Shown here: positions 1 to 9,490 of the stretch, piece after piece | Layout: every line of letters begins with the position of its first letter | Position numbering within the stretch: the stretch's first letter is position 1 | Source of the DNA: a bacterium | GTDB taxonomy: Bacteria > RBG-13-61-14 > DATKZS01 | Assembly (NCBI GenBank): GCA_963674965.2 | Contig: CAXXFL010000005.1 | Location: 320,001-384,000 of the forward strand | Length of the DNA: 64,000 bases | Direction of reading: 5' to 3' | Translations under genes and position numbers: made by a program | Notes under the pieces: model-generated | The model's input: only the letters and a program-made list of their open reading frames with translations | What the model was told of the DNA's origin: nothing | Databases searched by the model: none

Positions 1-49
1 TCAAAATGCGCGCATGGCAAAAACCAATCAAATATCGAGCAATCATCAT
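1..49 (-). CDS. 5' end of a probable next EPS-locus gene, running off the window
   Basis: ATG at 49 overlaps the TGA stop of the TPR gene (ATGA); frame open to the edge (MMIARYLIGFCHARIL...). Confidence 0.35.
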   Translation of the reverse strand, partial: MMIARYLIGFCHARIL

Positions 50-1254
50 TCGGACAATCCTTCTTTTTTACGCTTCCATTTTATTCTAGTTACCTGATCT
101 TCCATCTGTTCCACCTTCTTGATTAGGTTTTTATCTTCAGGTGTGATGGCAAGGGCCCTTTTATAACTTATATATGCTCCCTCGACGTCCCCTCTTTTTT
201 CCTCGATCCTGGCAATAATTAGATGCATTTGACGTTTTGACTTGGAGTCGAGCTGGTCCACTCCCGTAAGTAAAAAATAAGCGTTCTTCAGGGCTAAGTC
301 GTCCTTTTCGAGTTTTTCCGCCAAGCGGGCGATCCTGAGGCGAACCTGCCAGTAATCAGGGTGATCTCTTTGTGTTTTTTCATAGATTGCCAGCGCCTCG
401 TTTTGTTTTCCCTCGCTTAAGTAAAGTGACGCCAGCGACATGGCCAGATATCTTTCCCGCGGCCAACTCTTGTGAGCCTTCTTGAGAACTCGCTCAGCCT
501 CGCCGTTCTTTCCGATGGCCCTATACACGCGAGAAAGCTGTACGGCGATATCAGGCTCCGTACTTCTGGACTCAGGCACGAGGGACGCGTGAGCCATCGC
601 CTTTTCGGGCATGTTTTTCCTGGCCAGGAAAGAGGCCAGGTAAAGGTTTGCCTCGACGTCGAGGCCAATTATCCTTTCCAGTGCCTTTATATCCGAATCA
701 TTCTGGATAAAAGATTCACCATATATATCGATGGAGGGAGGATAGGACAGGACCAACCCGTTGAAATATTTCCTGGCTCCCTGGCGATCGTTATGTCTAA
801 GCTTCCGCTTCATCATGGCCGAGAGAAACCATGGATGAGATGGGTCAATATTGATCGCCTTCCGATAGTAAGCCTCGGCGGAGGCGTTGCCATTCTTGCC
901 TTCAATCTCCAACTTGTCCAGCGCTTGAGCCATGAAATAATAATTGTATGGATACAACGGATCGGCGTCGATGGCCTTTTGGAATTCATGCTCCGCCATT
1001 ACAAGCGGCCGATAATTTCCACTTCGGGCCTCATAAGTCGACATGGCGGCCTCGCCCAAGGCCGCGTGATATTGAGACCTGTCAGGCAAAAGCTCGGTCG
1101 CCTCCTCGTATCGCGCGATGGACTCGATAGTCTTGCCCGTTTGCTCGAGCCTCCCGCCTTCTAAGAATTTTTTTTCAGCGATAAAGGCGATGGACAAATA
1201 GGCCGAGAAAAGAAGGGCCAGGAGAGCCGAGACCAGGTCAGGTAGAAATTTCAT
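46..1254 (-). CDS. Membrane-anchored tetratricopeptide-repeat protein
   Basis: N-terminal hydrophobic helix then TPR-like repeats (YRKAINIDP, YKRALAITPED); start moved to MKFLPD at 1254, an ATGA overlap with the upstream stop. Confidence 0.8.
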   Translation of the reverse strand: MKFLPDLVSALLALLFSAYLSIAFIAEKKFLEGGRLEQTGKTIESIARYEEATELLPDRSQYHAALGEAAMSTYEARSGNYRPLVMAEHEFQKAIDADPLYPYNYYFMAQALDKLEIEGKNGNASAEAYYRKAINIDPSHPWFLSAMMKRKLRHNDRQGARKYFNGLVLSYPPSIDIYGESFIQNDSDIKALERIIGLDVEANLYLASFLARKNMPEKAMAHASLVPESRSTEPDIAVQLSRVYRAIGKNGEAERVLKKAHKSWPRERYLAMSLASLYLSEGKQNEALAIYEKTQRDHPDYWQVRLRIARLAEKLEKDDLALKNAYFLLTGVDQLDSKSKRQMHLIIARIEEKRGDVEGAYISYKRALAITPEDKNLIKKVEQMEDQVTRIKWKRKKEGLSE

Positions 1255-2534
1255 TTGACCTCGGGGCCTCCATAGGCGGCGACGGCGCAAAGCGCGAAAA
1301 AATACATTCCGTTGGACGGAACGATGAGATTGGAGTCCACGATCCCATGGATTAGGGTAATTAATATCGAGCAGACTATCCCGACCATGATCGCCCTGGA
1401 GCCGGCGTCCTCCGACGAAAGCATCGATTTGATACCGGCCCTTAAAGCCATGCCGGCAAAGGCGATAAAGAATATCATTCCGGGAATCCCGATGCAGGCG
1501 GCCAGGTGCACGTACTCGTTATGCGCGTAAGCCACTCCCTTGAAGAAGCGCTCTCCGCGGTAAGATGGGTAGGCCGACTTGAAACACCCCCACCCCACGC
1601 CGGTTATTTGGTGATCCATGGCCATTTCGAGTCCCGACCTCCAGATGGATGGACGTCCGCCAAGCCCTACTTCGTCAGGGTCCGCGATGTACCGCTCCAG
1701 CGAAACCAATCGCTCGGTCAACTGCTTTTTTTGGAAAGACGTGGTTAATAACGCCGACATGCCCGCCAGAAAAGCAAAGGATAAAATGGTAATCGCCATG
1801 GATTTTTTAGACGGCCGGAAGATCAAGACTATGAAAACTACCGAGGTGGCCGAAAACGCGACCCACGCGCCCCTGGAAAGCGACAAGGCGACGGAGCAGG
1901 CCAGCAGCGAGGGAGCGATTAAAGATACAAAGGTCCTCGATATCTTTTCCGTCAGAGGATAAGCTTCGTCGTAAAAAGAAATGGCCACGCCGACGGACAG
2001 GAAAAAACTCTGGGCCATTACGCTGGCGAAATGGTTGCGGTTACGAAAGGTCCCCGATACTCCCTCGCCCGGCCCGGGCAGGTTAAGCATGGGCAGGTCG
2101 ATTAGTTTGTCCTGAGCAAGATACGCGCCAAGCCCATACGCGGCGTTGAGAACTCCTATTGCCACAAGAGAAAAAACAAGCAATTTGGCCGGCTGAGAAG
2201 AAGTTGCCGTTTTGGCCGCCAGGAAATATATCATGGCCACGCAAAGAAAGCGAAGGGACTCGAAAACGGCTTGTTCCTGATTTACGGAAAAGGCTGAGGA
2301 TAAAATCATCCATCCCATTAATAATATAAGGGGGACGTCGACGCTAGGGCGCCGAACCGGTTCAATCCAGAAATGATTGGCGGCTATGACCGAAAACGCG
2401 GCAAGCAGCGTTATTAAGGCGGACAACGGGGCCCAATATAGCCTTGGAACGCCTCCCTTGAACAGGCAGGCGAGAAAAACGACCAGCACCACGCCCGTGA
2501 GGATAAGGGACGAGGCTTTGGTTGCGTTATTCAG
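1251..2534 (-). CDS. O-antigen ligase / Wzy_C family membrane protein
   Basis: Many TM helices; motifs GTFRNRNHFA, SLSRGAW, R..IW, GVGWG.F, AHNEY; start either GTG 2492 or in-frame CTG 2534 behind AGGAG. Confidence 0.85.
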   Translation of the reverse strand: MNNATKASSLILTGVVLVVFLACLFKGGVPRLYWAPLSALITLLAAFSVIAANHFWIEPVRRPSVDVPLILLMGWMILSSAFSVNQEQAVFESLRFLCVAMIYFLAAKTATSSQPAKLLVFSLVAIGVLNAAYGLGAYLAQDKLIDLPMLNLPGPGEGVSGTFRNRNHFASVMAQSFFLSVGVAISFYDEAYPLTEKISRTFVSLIAPSLLACSVALSLSRGAWVAFSATSVVFIVLIFRPSKKSMAITILSFAFLAGMSALLTTSFQKKQLTERLVSLERYIADPDEVGLGGRPSIWRSGLEMAMDHQITGVGWGCFKSAYPSYRGERFFKGVAYAHNEYVHLAACIGIPGMIFFIAFAGMALRAGIKSMLSSEDAGSRAIMVGIVCSILITLIHGIVDSNLIVPSNGMYFFALCAVAAYGGPEVK

Positions 2535-2578
2535 TTGATTCTCCTAAAGGAGCGGTCTCGCCGGAATAAATCGGAGTT

Positions 2579-5119
2579 TTATTCACCTTCCCTGGAATAA
2601 TAATTGTGATAGTAACTGTAGCGGTAGGGCCTGTAATAGTACCCATAGTAGCCGTAGTAGTAGTAACGGTCTTTCTTGTAATCCACCGCGTTCAGAACCA
2701 CGCCCAGAATTTTAGGCTGTACCTGAAGTATTTGCTGCACGTTTCTGTGGAATACGGTTTTGGGAATTTTTCCGGAACGGCATACCCATAGAATGCCGTC
2801 GGTTTTGGGGCCTAAAATGCTTACGTCCGACAGAGGCCATGAAGGCGGAGTATCGACGATGATCCTGTCGTATCTCTCCTTTAAGATGGAAAACAGTATC
2901 TGCATTTGTTCGGAGCCTAAAATTTCCGCCGTGTTTCTTGGACTCGTGCCGGCGGTCATGACGTCGAGATTTTTGAAATCCGAGGGCCGCGCGTAATTAT
3001 TAATAATGGAATCGGCCAATAAATTGGATTTGACGAGACGCGGATACTGGTGAAGAAACTCCACGGCATGTTTGCCGCTTGACTCTTCTTCCGTGAGGTC
3101 CGAGATTTCAGAGTCGTTCAGGGTGATGCGCAGTTTTGCCGGGGAGGGAAATCCGTCAGGCTTGAAATACTCCTTCTTCCACGATTGCAGATTGGACCCG
3201 GCGGGAACGCCGTCAATATAGGATATGTTCAGGGTGGAGGGCAACGAGTCCCACGCGATGTTCATCGTGCCCGACCACTGTTTTATTTTAAGCAAGTGCT
3301 GGCAGTCGCCAAAGCTGACTTTGTTCATGTCCAGGTCTTGGAGCCTTGGGTTAAGCGCCTCGACGATAACGTCAAACAGGCCCTTGCCCTTTTCGTACCC
3401 GAATATTTTATGGATTGAAGGACGATGAAGGTCGGCGTCGATGAGAAGAGTTCGTTTCGATTCTAAACCCATGCTTATCGCAAGATTGGCAGAAAGCACG
3501 CTCTTACCTTCACGCGGCGCGCTGCTGGTTATCAGGAGAGTGATGGGCGCCTCCTGGGGCATTTTAACGTTGAGCTGATTTCTGAGTCCCGTTACGGCCT
3601 CGGAAAAAAGAGATTTTGGGTGCCGCGTGAGAAGAAGCGGAGTTGAAAGCTGCTTTTCTTCTTTTTGATTTTCCGGGACATAAAGAGGGACTACCGATAA
3701 AACGGGCAATCCCGAGGCTTTTCTGACGTCGTCCGCGTGCCTGATGGTTTGGTCGAGGTATTCGCGGCCATAGGCATACGCGAAGCCGAACATGAGTCCT
3801 GAGGCCAAAGCCAATAAATAATTAAGACTCTTCTTGGGTCTGATGGGAAACTTGGGAGTAGTTGCCCTCTCGTGAACGTAAACAAGGTTGTTGATAACGC
3901 TGTTGTTGTTTATGCTTACTTCCTTTTTGGCTTCAAGCATCTTCGAGTAATTCGTCTCGGCGAAGTTCCTCTCACGCGAGAGAACCAGATATTCCTTGTC
4001 CTTTTCAGTGCTGAAAATGGCGCTTTTTTCAAGCTTTTCAAACTCGGACTCCATGTTTTTAATAGAGGCCCTGGTAACGTTCAATTCGAATTCCTTACTG
4101 GTCCTTAACACGACCAACTGGTTTAAAAAGCTTTTCTTCAAGCTGTTTATCTTGCTTTCAAGGGCAATGGCCTCGGGATACTTCTCGTCGAAGATAGACA
4201 TGATACTGTCGTACTGAACGATGGCTTCAACGAGGTCCGTGTTGATTTCTCTCAGGTTTTCATCGGCCAGAATCGGAGTGTATCTGGTAAAATCTTTCCT
4301 TTCAATGAGATTGTTGATCTGGGTTATTTGTGCTTCCAGACTTGTTTCTCTGTTCTTTTCAATGTTGAGATTTATGGTGATACTTTTGCGAAGATCGGAA
4401 ATCCGGTCTTTATCGCTACTGAAATCGAAAATATCGTTGCTCTTGCGATACTCATAAAGCGCTTCCTCGGCGTCGTATAGCTTGTTTTTAGCTTCCTGAA
4501 GCTGCGCCTCCAGGGAGAGAAGCGATTCCTCCCGCATCATCAGGTCTTCTTTTTGCGTGTAGGCCACCGTGACCTCGGCCAATAGATTTACAACGTCTCG
4601 AGCAAAGACCTTGTTTGAATTAGCGAAAGATATTTTCGCCAGATTCGTGAATTTGGGAACTTGAACTGCAATCCCGCCCTTAATACCCGAAGCCAGGGCG
4701 CTAATAATTTCTTCCTGTTCGGCGGGACTCTTTTCGTCGAATTTGGAGTTAATGAGAAATTCCTGGTACCAACCCTTGTCTATCAGTCTTCTAACCAGTT
4801 CCTCTAAAAGCGGCTTGGAACTGATCATTTCAATCTTGGTGTGAAAATCATTGTACTTTATCAGATTAGGAAGGTTTGTCTCCTGAGTGCGGAAAGTGTC
4901 CGTTGGCGTATTGGACCTGATGATGATACTGGACGAGGCCTGATACACTTTGGTAGCCTTGGCATTGAAAATGGCGCCTAAAATAATAAACCCGATAACG
5001 ATAAGAATAAAGGCCCAAATATTTTTAAGGATCGGCTCCAGGAGCTCGAAAAGGTTAAAATTAAATTCCTTTTCCTCGCCCTGGATGGCGGTTATTTCCG
5101 GCGGCTCGTATTGCATCAC
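2579..5119 (-). CDS. wzc: Wzc/GumC-like polysaccharide co-polymerase with BY tyrosine kinase domain
   Basis: Two TM segments around a coiled coil; Walker A APREGKS, A' IDADL, B IIVDTPP; Tyr-rich C-terminus. Confidence 0.9.
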   Translation of the reverse strand: MMQYEPPEITAIQGEEKEFNFNLFELLEPILKNIWAFILIVIGFIILGAIFNAKATKVYQASSSIIIRSNTPTDTFRTQETNLPNLIKYNDFHTKIEMISSKPLLEELVRRLIDKGWYQEFLINSKFDEKSPAEQEEIISALASGIKGGIAVQVPKFTNLAKISFANSNKVFARDVVNLLAEVTVAYTQKEDLMMREESLLSLEAQLQEAKNKLYDAEEALYEYRKSNDIFDFSSDKDRISDLRKSITINLNIEKNRETSLEAQITQINNLIERKDFTRYTPILADENLREINTDLVEAIVQYDSIMSIFDEKYPEAIALESKINSLKKSFLNQLVVLRTSKEFELNVTRASIKNMESEFEKLEKSAIFSTEKDKEYLVLSRERNFAETNYSKMLEAKKEVSINNNSVINNLVYVHERATTPKFPIRPKKSLNYLLALASGLMFGFAYAYGREYLDQTIRHADDVRKASGLPVLSVVPLYVPENQKEEKQLSTPLLLTRHPKSLFSEAVTGLRNQLNVKMPQEAPITLLITSSAPREGKSVLSANLAISMGLESKRTLLIDADLHRPSIHKIFGYEKGKGLFDVIVEALNPRLQDLDMNKVSFGDCQHLLKIKQWSGTMNIAWDSLPSTLNISYIDGVPAGSNLQSWKKEYFKPDGFPSPAKLRITLNDSEISDLTEEESSGKHAVEFLHQYPRLVKSNLLADSIINNYARPSDFKNLDVMTAGTSPRNTAEILGSEQMQILFSILKERYDRIIVDTPPSWPLSDVSILGPKTDGILWVCRSGKIPKTVFHRNVQQILQVQPKILGVVLNAVDYKKDRYYYYGYYGYYYRPYRYSYYHNYYSREGE

Positions 5120-5348
5120 TATATCACTTCATTAAGAAAGAATTATATTTCGAACCTTTTATCGAAAAAAGTAACTATTGAAACGATATTTCCCCCAGCG
5201 AACTTAAGTACGATAAAATAGAAAAACCTGATCGCGCCCCCCTTCCCATGCCTTCATGGGGGATTAAGACAACGCTGGACCAGGTTGTGTGCGAATTCTA
5301 ATTCTTTTCTAGGCCCGAACGATGAAACCCAAATAATAATGAAAACCG

Positions 5349-5924
5349 TTATTCGGTCGGGCTAGCTTCAGCTTCGGGTTCCAAAATGGCGTCCATTATC
5401 TCTACCGGCTCGATGTCTATCGCCATGGTGGGAGCGGAAGGCTGCTTGGTGCAAAGCACCGAGAGTATCTCTTCCTTGTAAATCCTGCCCTCCTCGGCGT
5501 AAAGCCACTCGGAATCGACAAGGGCCTGCATTTTGGCCGTCTCGTCGGTCAGACCTCCATACTGGGCGGCGAACTGGGGGTCCGTCTCGACGGCGACCTG
5601 ATACATCATCGAGGCGAAATAACGTCGAGTTACCAGACGGTCGGGCTCGATCTCCGCGAATCCCGGCGGGTAACCCGCGTCCATCAACATCTGAAGTTCC
5701 TGCTCGTAAAGGTCCTCGGGAGACATGCCATCAGGAGAAGGAGCGTTAAGGCCGGGATCGAGTTCAACCAAATAATGGACAAGCTCGGCCTGACGAACCT
5801 GCTGAAGACTGAGCACCGGCTTCATGTCCACGTTGCTGCATAAGTCCGATTGGCTGAAACCGTCACCGGTAATCAACAGCGATAAGGCAAGGGCCATGAA
5901 TAACGCGGCAATTTTCGCTTTCAT
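5349..5924 (-). CDS. Secreted acidic hypothetical protein
   Basis: Signal peptide MKAKIAALFMALALSLLITGDGFS; GGAGG RBS; 191 aa. Confidence 0.75.
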   Translation of the reverse strand: MKAKIAALFMALALSLLITGDGFSQSDLCSNVDMKPVLSLQQVRQAELVHYLVELDPGLNAPSPDGMSPEDLYEQELQMLMDAGYPPGFAEIEPDRLVTRRYFASMMYQVAVETDPQFAAQYGGLTDETAKMQALVDSEWLYAEEGRIYKEEILSVLCTKQPSAPTMAIDIEPVEIMDAILEPEAEASPTE

Positions 5925-6049
5925 CTATTCGTTCCTCCCCACTAACATCTTAACCCACTCGTTTAAAAAATCAAGGTTAAGCTCATTCCATAAATAAAAA
6001 GAATGAGTATCTCTCGCCAAAAAATAAAGTCCGTTTGTTTCCGATATGG

Positions 6050-6077
6050 AGAATATCATATTAAACGCTTTTGTCAA
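6050..6077 (-). promoter_or_regulatory. sigma70-type promoter for the EPS locus
   Basis: TTGACA-N16-TATTCT with TG extended -10 in AT-rich DNA. Confidence 0.55.
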
Positions 6078-6181
6078 GCGGTTTTTTGTTTTTTGTAATT
6101 AGATACTTACGATGCCGCAAGCGGCCTTTGACGCCATCCTCGCCGGGGCCGCCCGGCCGCGCGCCTCCTTTTAACCATGCA

Positions 6182-7459
6182 TTATCCGCCCGAAGCCTCG
6201 CGCGGTTTTTCCGAATCGAGGCGGTAAAGAGTCTCGCCAGCCCGCCAAACCACGAGCACGCCCTCGTGTTCCTTGCCCGCGAAGTCGGCGGGGTTGATCT
6301 TGCCCGGGTCGCGGTAGCCCAGATTGACCTTTTCGCACTTCTCCCTTGGAATGCCCGTGGCCAGGGTAACCTTGACTCGAGGCTTTTCCACCCCGTTCTC
6401 GAAAACCCCCTGCCCCTTGACGTGAGTCGAGTGGGCAAGGACACCACCCGGATAATGCTTGAACCTGTCCCATTGCTTCAAAAAGTAGTCGCGCACGTGG
6501 TAGCCAATCTCCTCGATGACCTCGCCGTGAGTAAAAGATATCTCGCGTATGTGAGGGGCGTAGATTATCACCTCGCCGCCGTCGCGCACGACCGGCTCCA
6601 TCTTGTACATCCCCTTGGCCCCCACCCAAAGATCGTCGTACATCTCGGGCATGACCGAGATCACCTGCCGGAAATGATAGGGGGTCCACTTGATGTGCAA
6701 TGAAGACGAAAGACGCGAGGCGGCCCGCCAGGCCTCCTTGACCGGGCCGACGAAAAGGCCGGCCATGCCGTCCTCGCCCTCGATCACCGAGCAGGCCCCG
6801 ACGATCGGAAGACCCACCATCTCCGCCGCCCGCTCGATCACCGCCCGCACCGGGGTGTCCATCCTCCCGATAATCTCGTAGTTGGTGATAAGCGCCCCCA
6901 GCCAGTGCGTGAAATTTATTATCTCCGCGCCCGCTATCCCGGGAAAAAGATATTTGTGACCGCCGCTGAAGCCCGCGACCTCGTGGGGAAACACCGGACC
7001 GTAAATGATAGCCGCGTCGTAATCGAAGATCAGCTTGTTGATCGACACCTCGACTTCCTCACTCATGAGACCATTGCTGATCTTCTCGATTTCCGAGGCC
7101 GGGATCGAGCCAATAGTCTTAAAGGTCCCAGGCGAGTTCCACTCGTGGTTGAAAATATTGACGCTTTTGTATTTTCCGGAAAGGTCCGCCGGCTCGAGTT
7201 CCAGGTAGTCGCGAATAGATTCCTCACTCATGGGCTGGTGAGTGCCCAGGGCGATGAGGAAATCAAGGCGGGAAACGCTGGGTAAAAGCGCGTCGGCCAG
7301 GGCCCTGAATACGGCGGGCATGGGACCGGAACGCGTATTGTCCGGAATGATAACGATTATTTTCTTGCCGGCAAGGTCCGCCGCGGAGAAACCATCGGAT
7401 ATGATTTTCCTTATTTCCTCCTCCGATAAAAGACCTTCCCCGCCTTGGCCAATCAGCAT
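6182..7459 (-). CDS. larA: LarA-family nickel-pincer racemase/epimerase (lactate racemase homolog)
   Basis: Motifs IIPDNTRSGP, ALGTHQPMS, NHEW, PHEVAGFSGGHK, TH; substrate not determinable. Confidence 0.85.
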   Translation of the reverse strand: MLIGQGGEGLLSEEEIRKIISDGFSAADLAGKKIIVIIPDNTRSGPMPAVFRALADALLPSVSRLDFLIALGTHQPMSEESIRDYLELEPADLSGKYKSVNIFNHEWNSPGTFKTIGSIPASEIEKISNGLMSEEVEVSINKLIFDYDAAIIYGPVFPHEVAGFSGGHKYLFPGIAGAEIINFTHWLGALITNYEIIGRMDTPVRAVIERAAEMVGLPIVGACSVIEGEDGMAGLFVGPVKEAWRAASRLSSSLHIKWTPYHFRQVISVMPEMYDDLWVGAKGMYKMEPVVRDGGEVIIYAPHIREISFTHGEVIEEIGYHVRDYFLKQWDRFKHYPGGVLAHSTHVKGQGVFENGVEKPRVKVTLATGIPREKCEKVNLGYRDPGKINPADFAGKEHEGVLVVWRAGETLYRLDSEKPREASGG

Positions 7460-7553
7460 GAAATCATCCTTTTTGTATGCGCCATAGCGCCAATCGTCCC
7501 GGACCCGAGCCGGGCCCGCGGGCCGTCTGAAAATTTCTCAAACCGCGCCAAAG

Positions 7554-7581
7554 ATTATATCACGGGGAGGTTTGCGTTCAA
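7554..7581 (-). promoter_or_regulatory. sigma70-type promoter upstream of the larA homolog
   Basis: TTGAAC-N16-TATAAT with TG extended -10. Confidence 0.5.
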
Positions 7582-7600
7582 TAAACCTCTTTTCCCGTTC

Positions 7601-9106
7601 TCATTTAACCCTTTTGAAATCCGCCTCCACCCTTTCGTATAAATTCTTGAAAAGACAAAGCCTTTCCCCATACATGGCGGCGATTTCGCCGTCCGGCTCG
7701 AAAGACCTCGCGGTCTTGGCCAGCGAGGCGGCGTCGCTCAAGTCCTTCAGGCGGCCGCTCGCCTTCATGGCCATAAAGGCCGCGCCCATGGCCGAGCCCT
7801 CCCCCGTGGCCGGCGTCGATATCTTGCGGCCCATCACGTTTCCAAGAAGTTGGAGCCAGAAGTCGCTTCGGGCAAACCCTCCCGTGGCCCTTACTTCTTC
7901 CACTCCCCCCGGCGACTCGGTCAGCGGCTCGAGCGCGTGGGCCAGGCTCATGCATATCCCTTCCAAAGCCGCCCGGGCCAGATGGGCCTTGCCGTGGAGG
8001 GGGGACAGCCCGAACAGGACGCCCTTCGCCTCGGGGTTCCAATAAGGCGTTCGCTCTCCAAAGATATAGGGCAGAAAAACCAGGCCCTCGGCGCCGGGGG
8101 GACATCTCGAGGCCAACTCGATGATGGCCTCATAAGGCTCCCTTCCCTCGGCCAGGGCCCGGTCGCGGACGTCGGATAAAAGACCGTCGCGAAGCCAGCG
8201 GAGCACGATGCCCCCGCTGTTGATCGCGCCCCCCCCGTACCAGAGGCCGGACCCGAGGTAATAAAGCCACGCCCGGCCCGCCGGGTCGATCCAGGGGTTT
8301 TGGAAAACCTTGCGGGCCGCCCCCGAGGTCCCGATGGTCGCCGCCGCCTGGCCGGCGAAAACCGCGCCCGCTCCCAGGTTGGCAAGTCCCCCGTCCCCCG
8401 CGCCGGGGGCCGCGGGAACGCCGGGCGCGAGCCCCAGTTCCTCCGCCGGCCCGGGAAGAAGGGTCCCCGCCGTCTCGTCGGGATGGACCAGGCGCGGCAG
8501 CCGCTCCGGTCCCATGCCGGCGAAGTCCAGGGCCGCGGCGTCGAAGTCCAGCCTCGAGACGTCGATAAGGCCGTTGGAAGAGGCGTGGGACAGGTCCATG
8601 ACCGTCTCGCCCGTGAGCCTTTTGAAAATGAAATCCTTGATGGAAAGGAAAACCCCGGCCGACTTGAAAGTCGCGGGATCGTTCTCGCGAAGCCAGGCCA
8701 GGCGCGCCGGATAGTACAGCGCCGCCGCCGGACATCCGGTTTCTTGCCTGATTGCCTCGCCCATGGACTCCTTCAGCCGCGCCGCCTGGGGGCCCGACCT
8801 GCCGTCCGCCCAGGTCCACATCCGGGTCAGGGGCGAGCCGCCCGAGTCGAGGGCCATGAAACCGTGCATGGCCGAGGAAAAGGCCATCGCTTCTATCCTC
8901 GAGCGCCTCAAGTCCACGTCCAAAGACCTTACCGCCTTGACCATGGCGGACCACACTTCCTCCGGGTCCTGCTCCTCCCTGAGAGGGCCGGGCTCGTGTA
9001 ACGGGCATGAGGCCGACCCCGAGGCCGCCACCTCGCCATCGGCGTCAACCAAAAGGGCCTTGACCAGCGAGGTCCCAAGATCAATGGCTAAAAAAAATTC
9101 CTTCAT
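7601..9106 (-). CDS. gntK: FGGY-family carbohydrate kinase, gluconokinase-like
   Basis: IDLGTS, SSAMHG, TWADGR, GDGGLANLG, TIGTSGA, LPYIFGERTPYWN, TGGFARSDFWLQ resemble Bacillus-type GntK. Confidence 0.75.
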   Translation of the reverse strand: MKEFFLAIDLGTSLVKALLVDADGEVAASGSASCPLHEPGPLREEQDPEEVWSAMVKAVRSLDVDLRRSRIEAMAFSSAMHGFMALDSGGSPLTRMWTWADGRSGPQAARLKESMGEAIRQETGCPAAALYYPARLAWLRENDPATFKSAGVFLSIKDFIFKRLTGETVMDLSHASSNGLIDVSRLDFDAAALDFAGMGPERLPRLVHPDETAGTLLPGPAEELGLAPGVPAAPGAGDGGLANLGAGAVFAGQAAATIGTSGAARKVFQNPWIDPAGRAWLYYLGSGLWYGGGAINSGGIVLRWLRDGLLSDVRDRALAEGREPYEAIIELASRCPPGAEGLVFLPYIFGERTPYWNPEAKGVLFGLSPLHGKAHLARAALEGICMSLAHALEPLTESPGGVEEVRATGGFARSDFWLQLLGNVMGRKISTPATGEGSAMGAAFMAMKASGRLKDLSDAASLAKTARSFEPDGEIAAMYGERLCLFKNLYERVEADFKRVK

Positions 9107-9135
9107 CTCCAGATGCTTTCCACCGTTATTTTATC

Positions 9136-9321
9136 GAGCCTCTTGCAAAATTCCCGCTTTGGAGTGCGGCGGCTCGACGCCGCTTTTCTTCCGAGCGGCT
9201 TGACGCGAGGCAAACCGGCGTATTAATAGGCCTTGTCAAGCCAAGGCCATCGAAAGCGGTCTCAAGCGACCGCACTCCAAAGCGGCTATGCCGCAAAGAA
9301 AAGGACTTTTGCAAGAGACTC
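9136..9321. mobile_element. MITE copy 1 (186 bp)
   Basis: TIRs GAGCCTCTTGCAAAA...TTTTGCAAGAGACTC; TATC duplicated on both flanks; near-identical inverted copy at 42752-42937. Confidence 0.85.
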
Positions 9322-9490
9322 TATCGGTTCGGATTTGATCCCCGCCGATAAAGGGGATCCCTTGAGCCGGGCGAGTCGTATTACATGGGTTTAACATGGT
9401 CCGACCCTCGTGACAAACCATCGATAATGTTTCATCGACAATGTTACTCGCCGAGGCCCGCCTTAAATCGGTTACGGAGCGAACAAAGCC

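Noticed and set aside
9126-9314. MQKSFSLRHSRFG... ORFs (also 42759-42959)
   Set aside because: They are translations of the MITE with no transposase motifs
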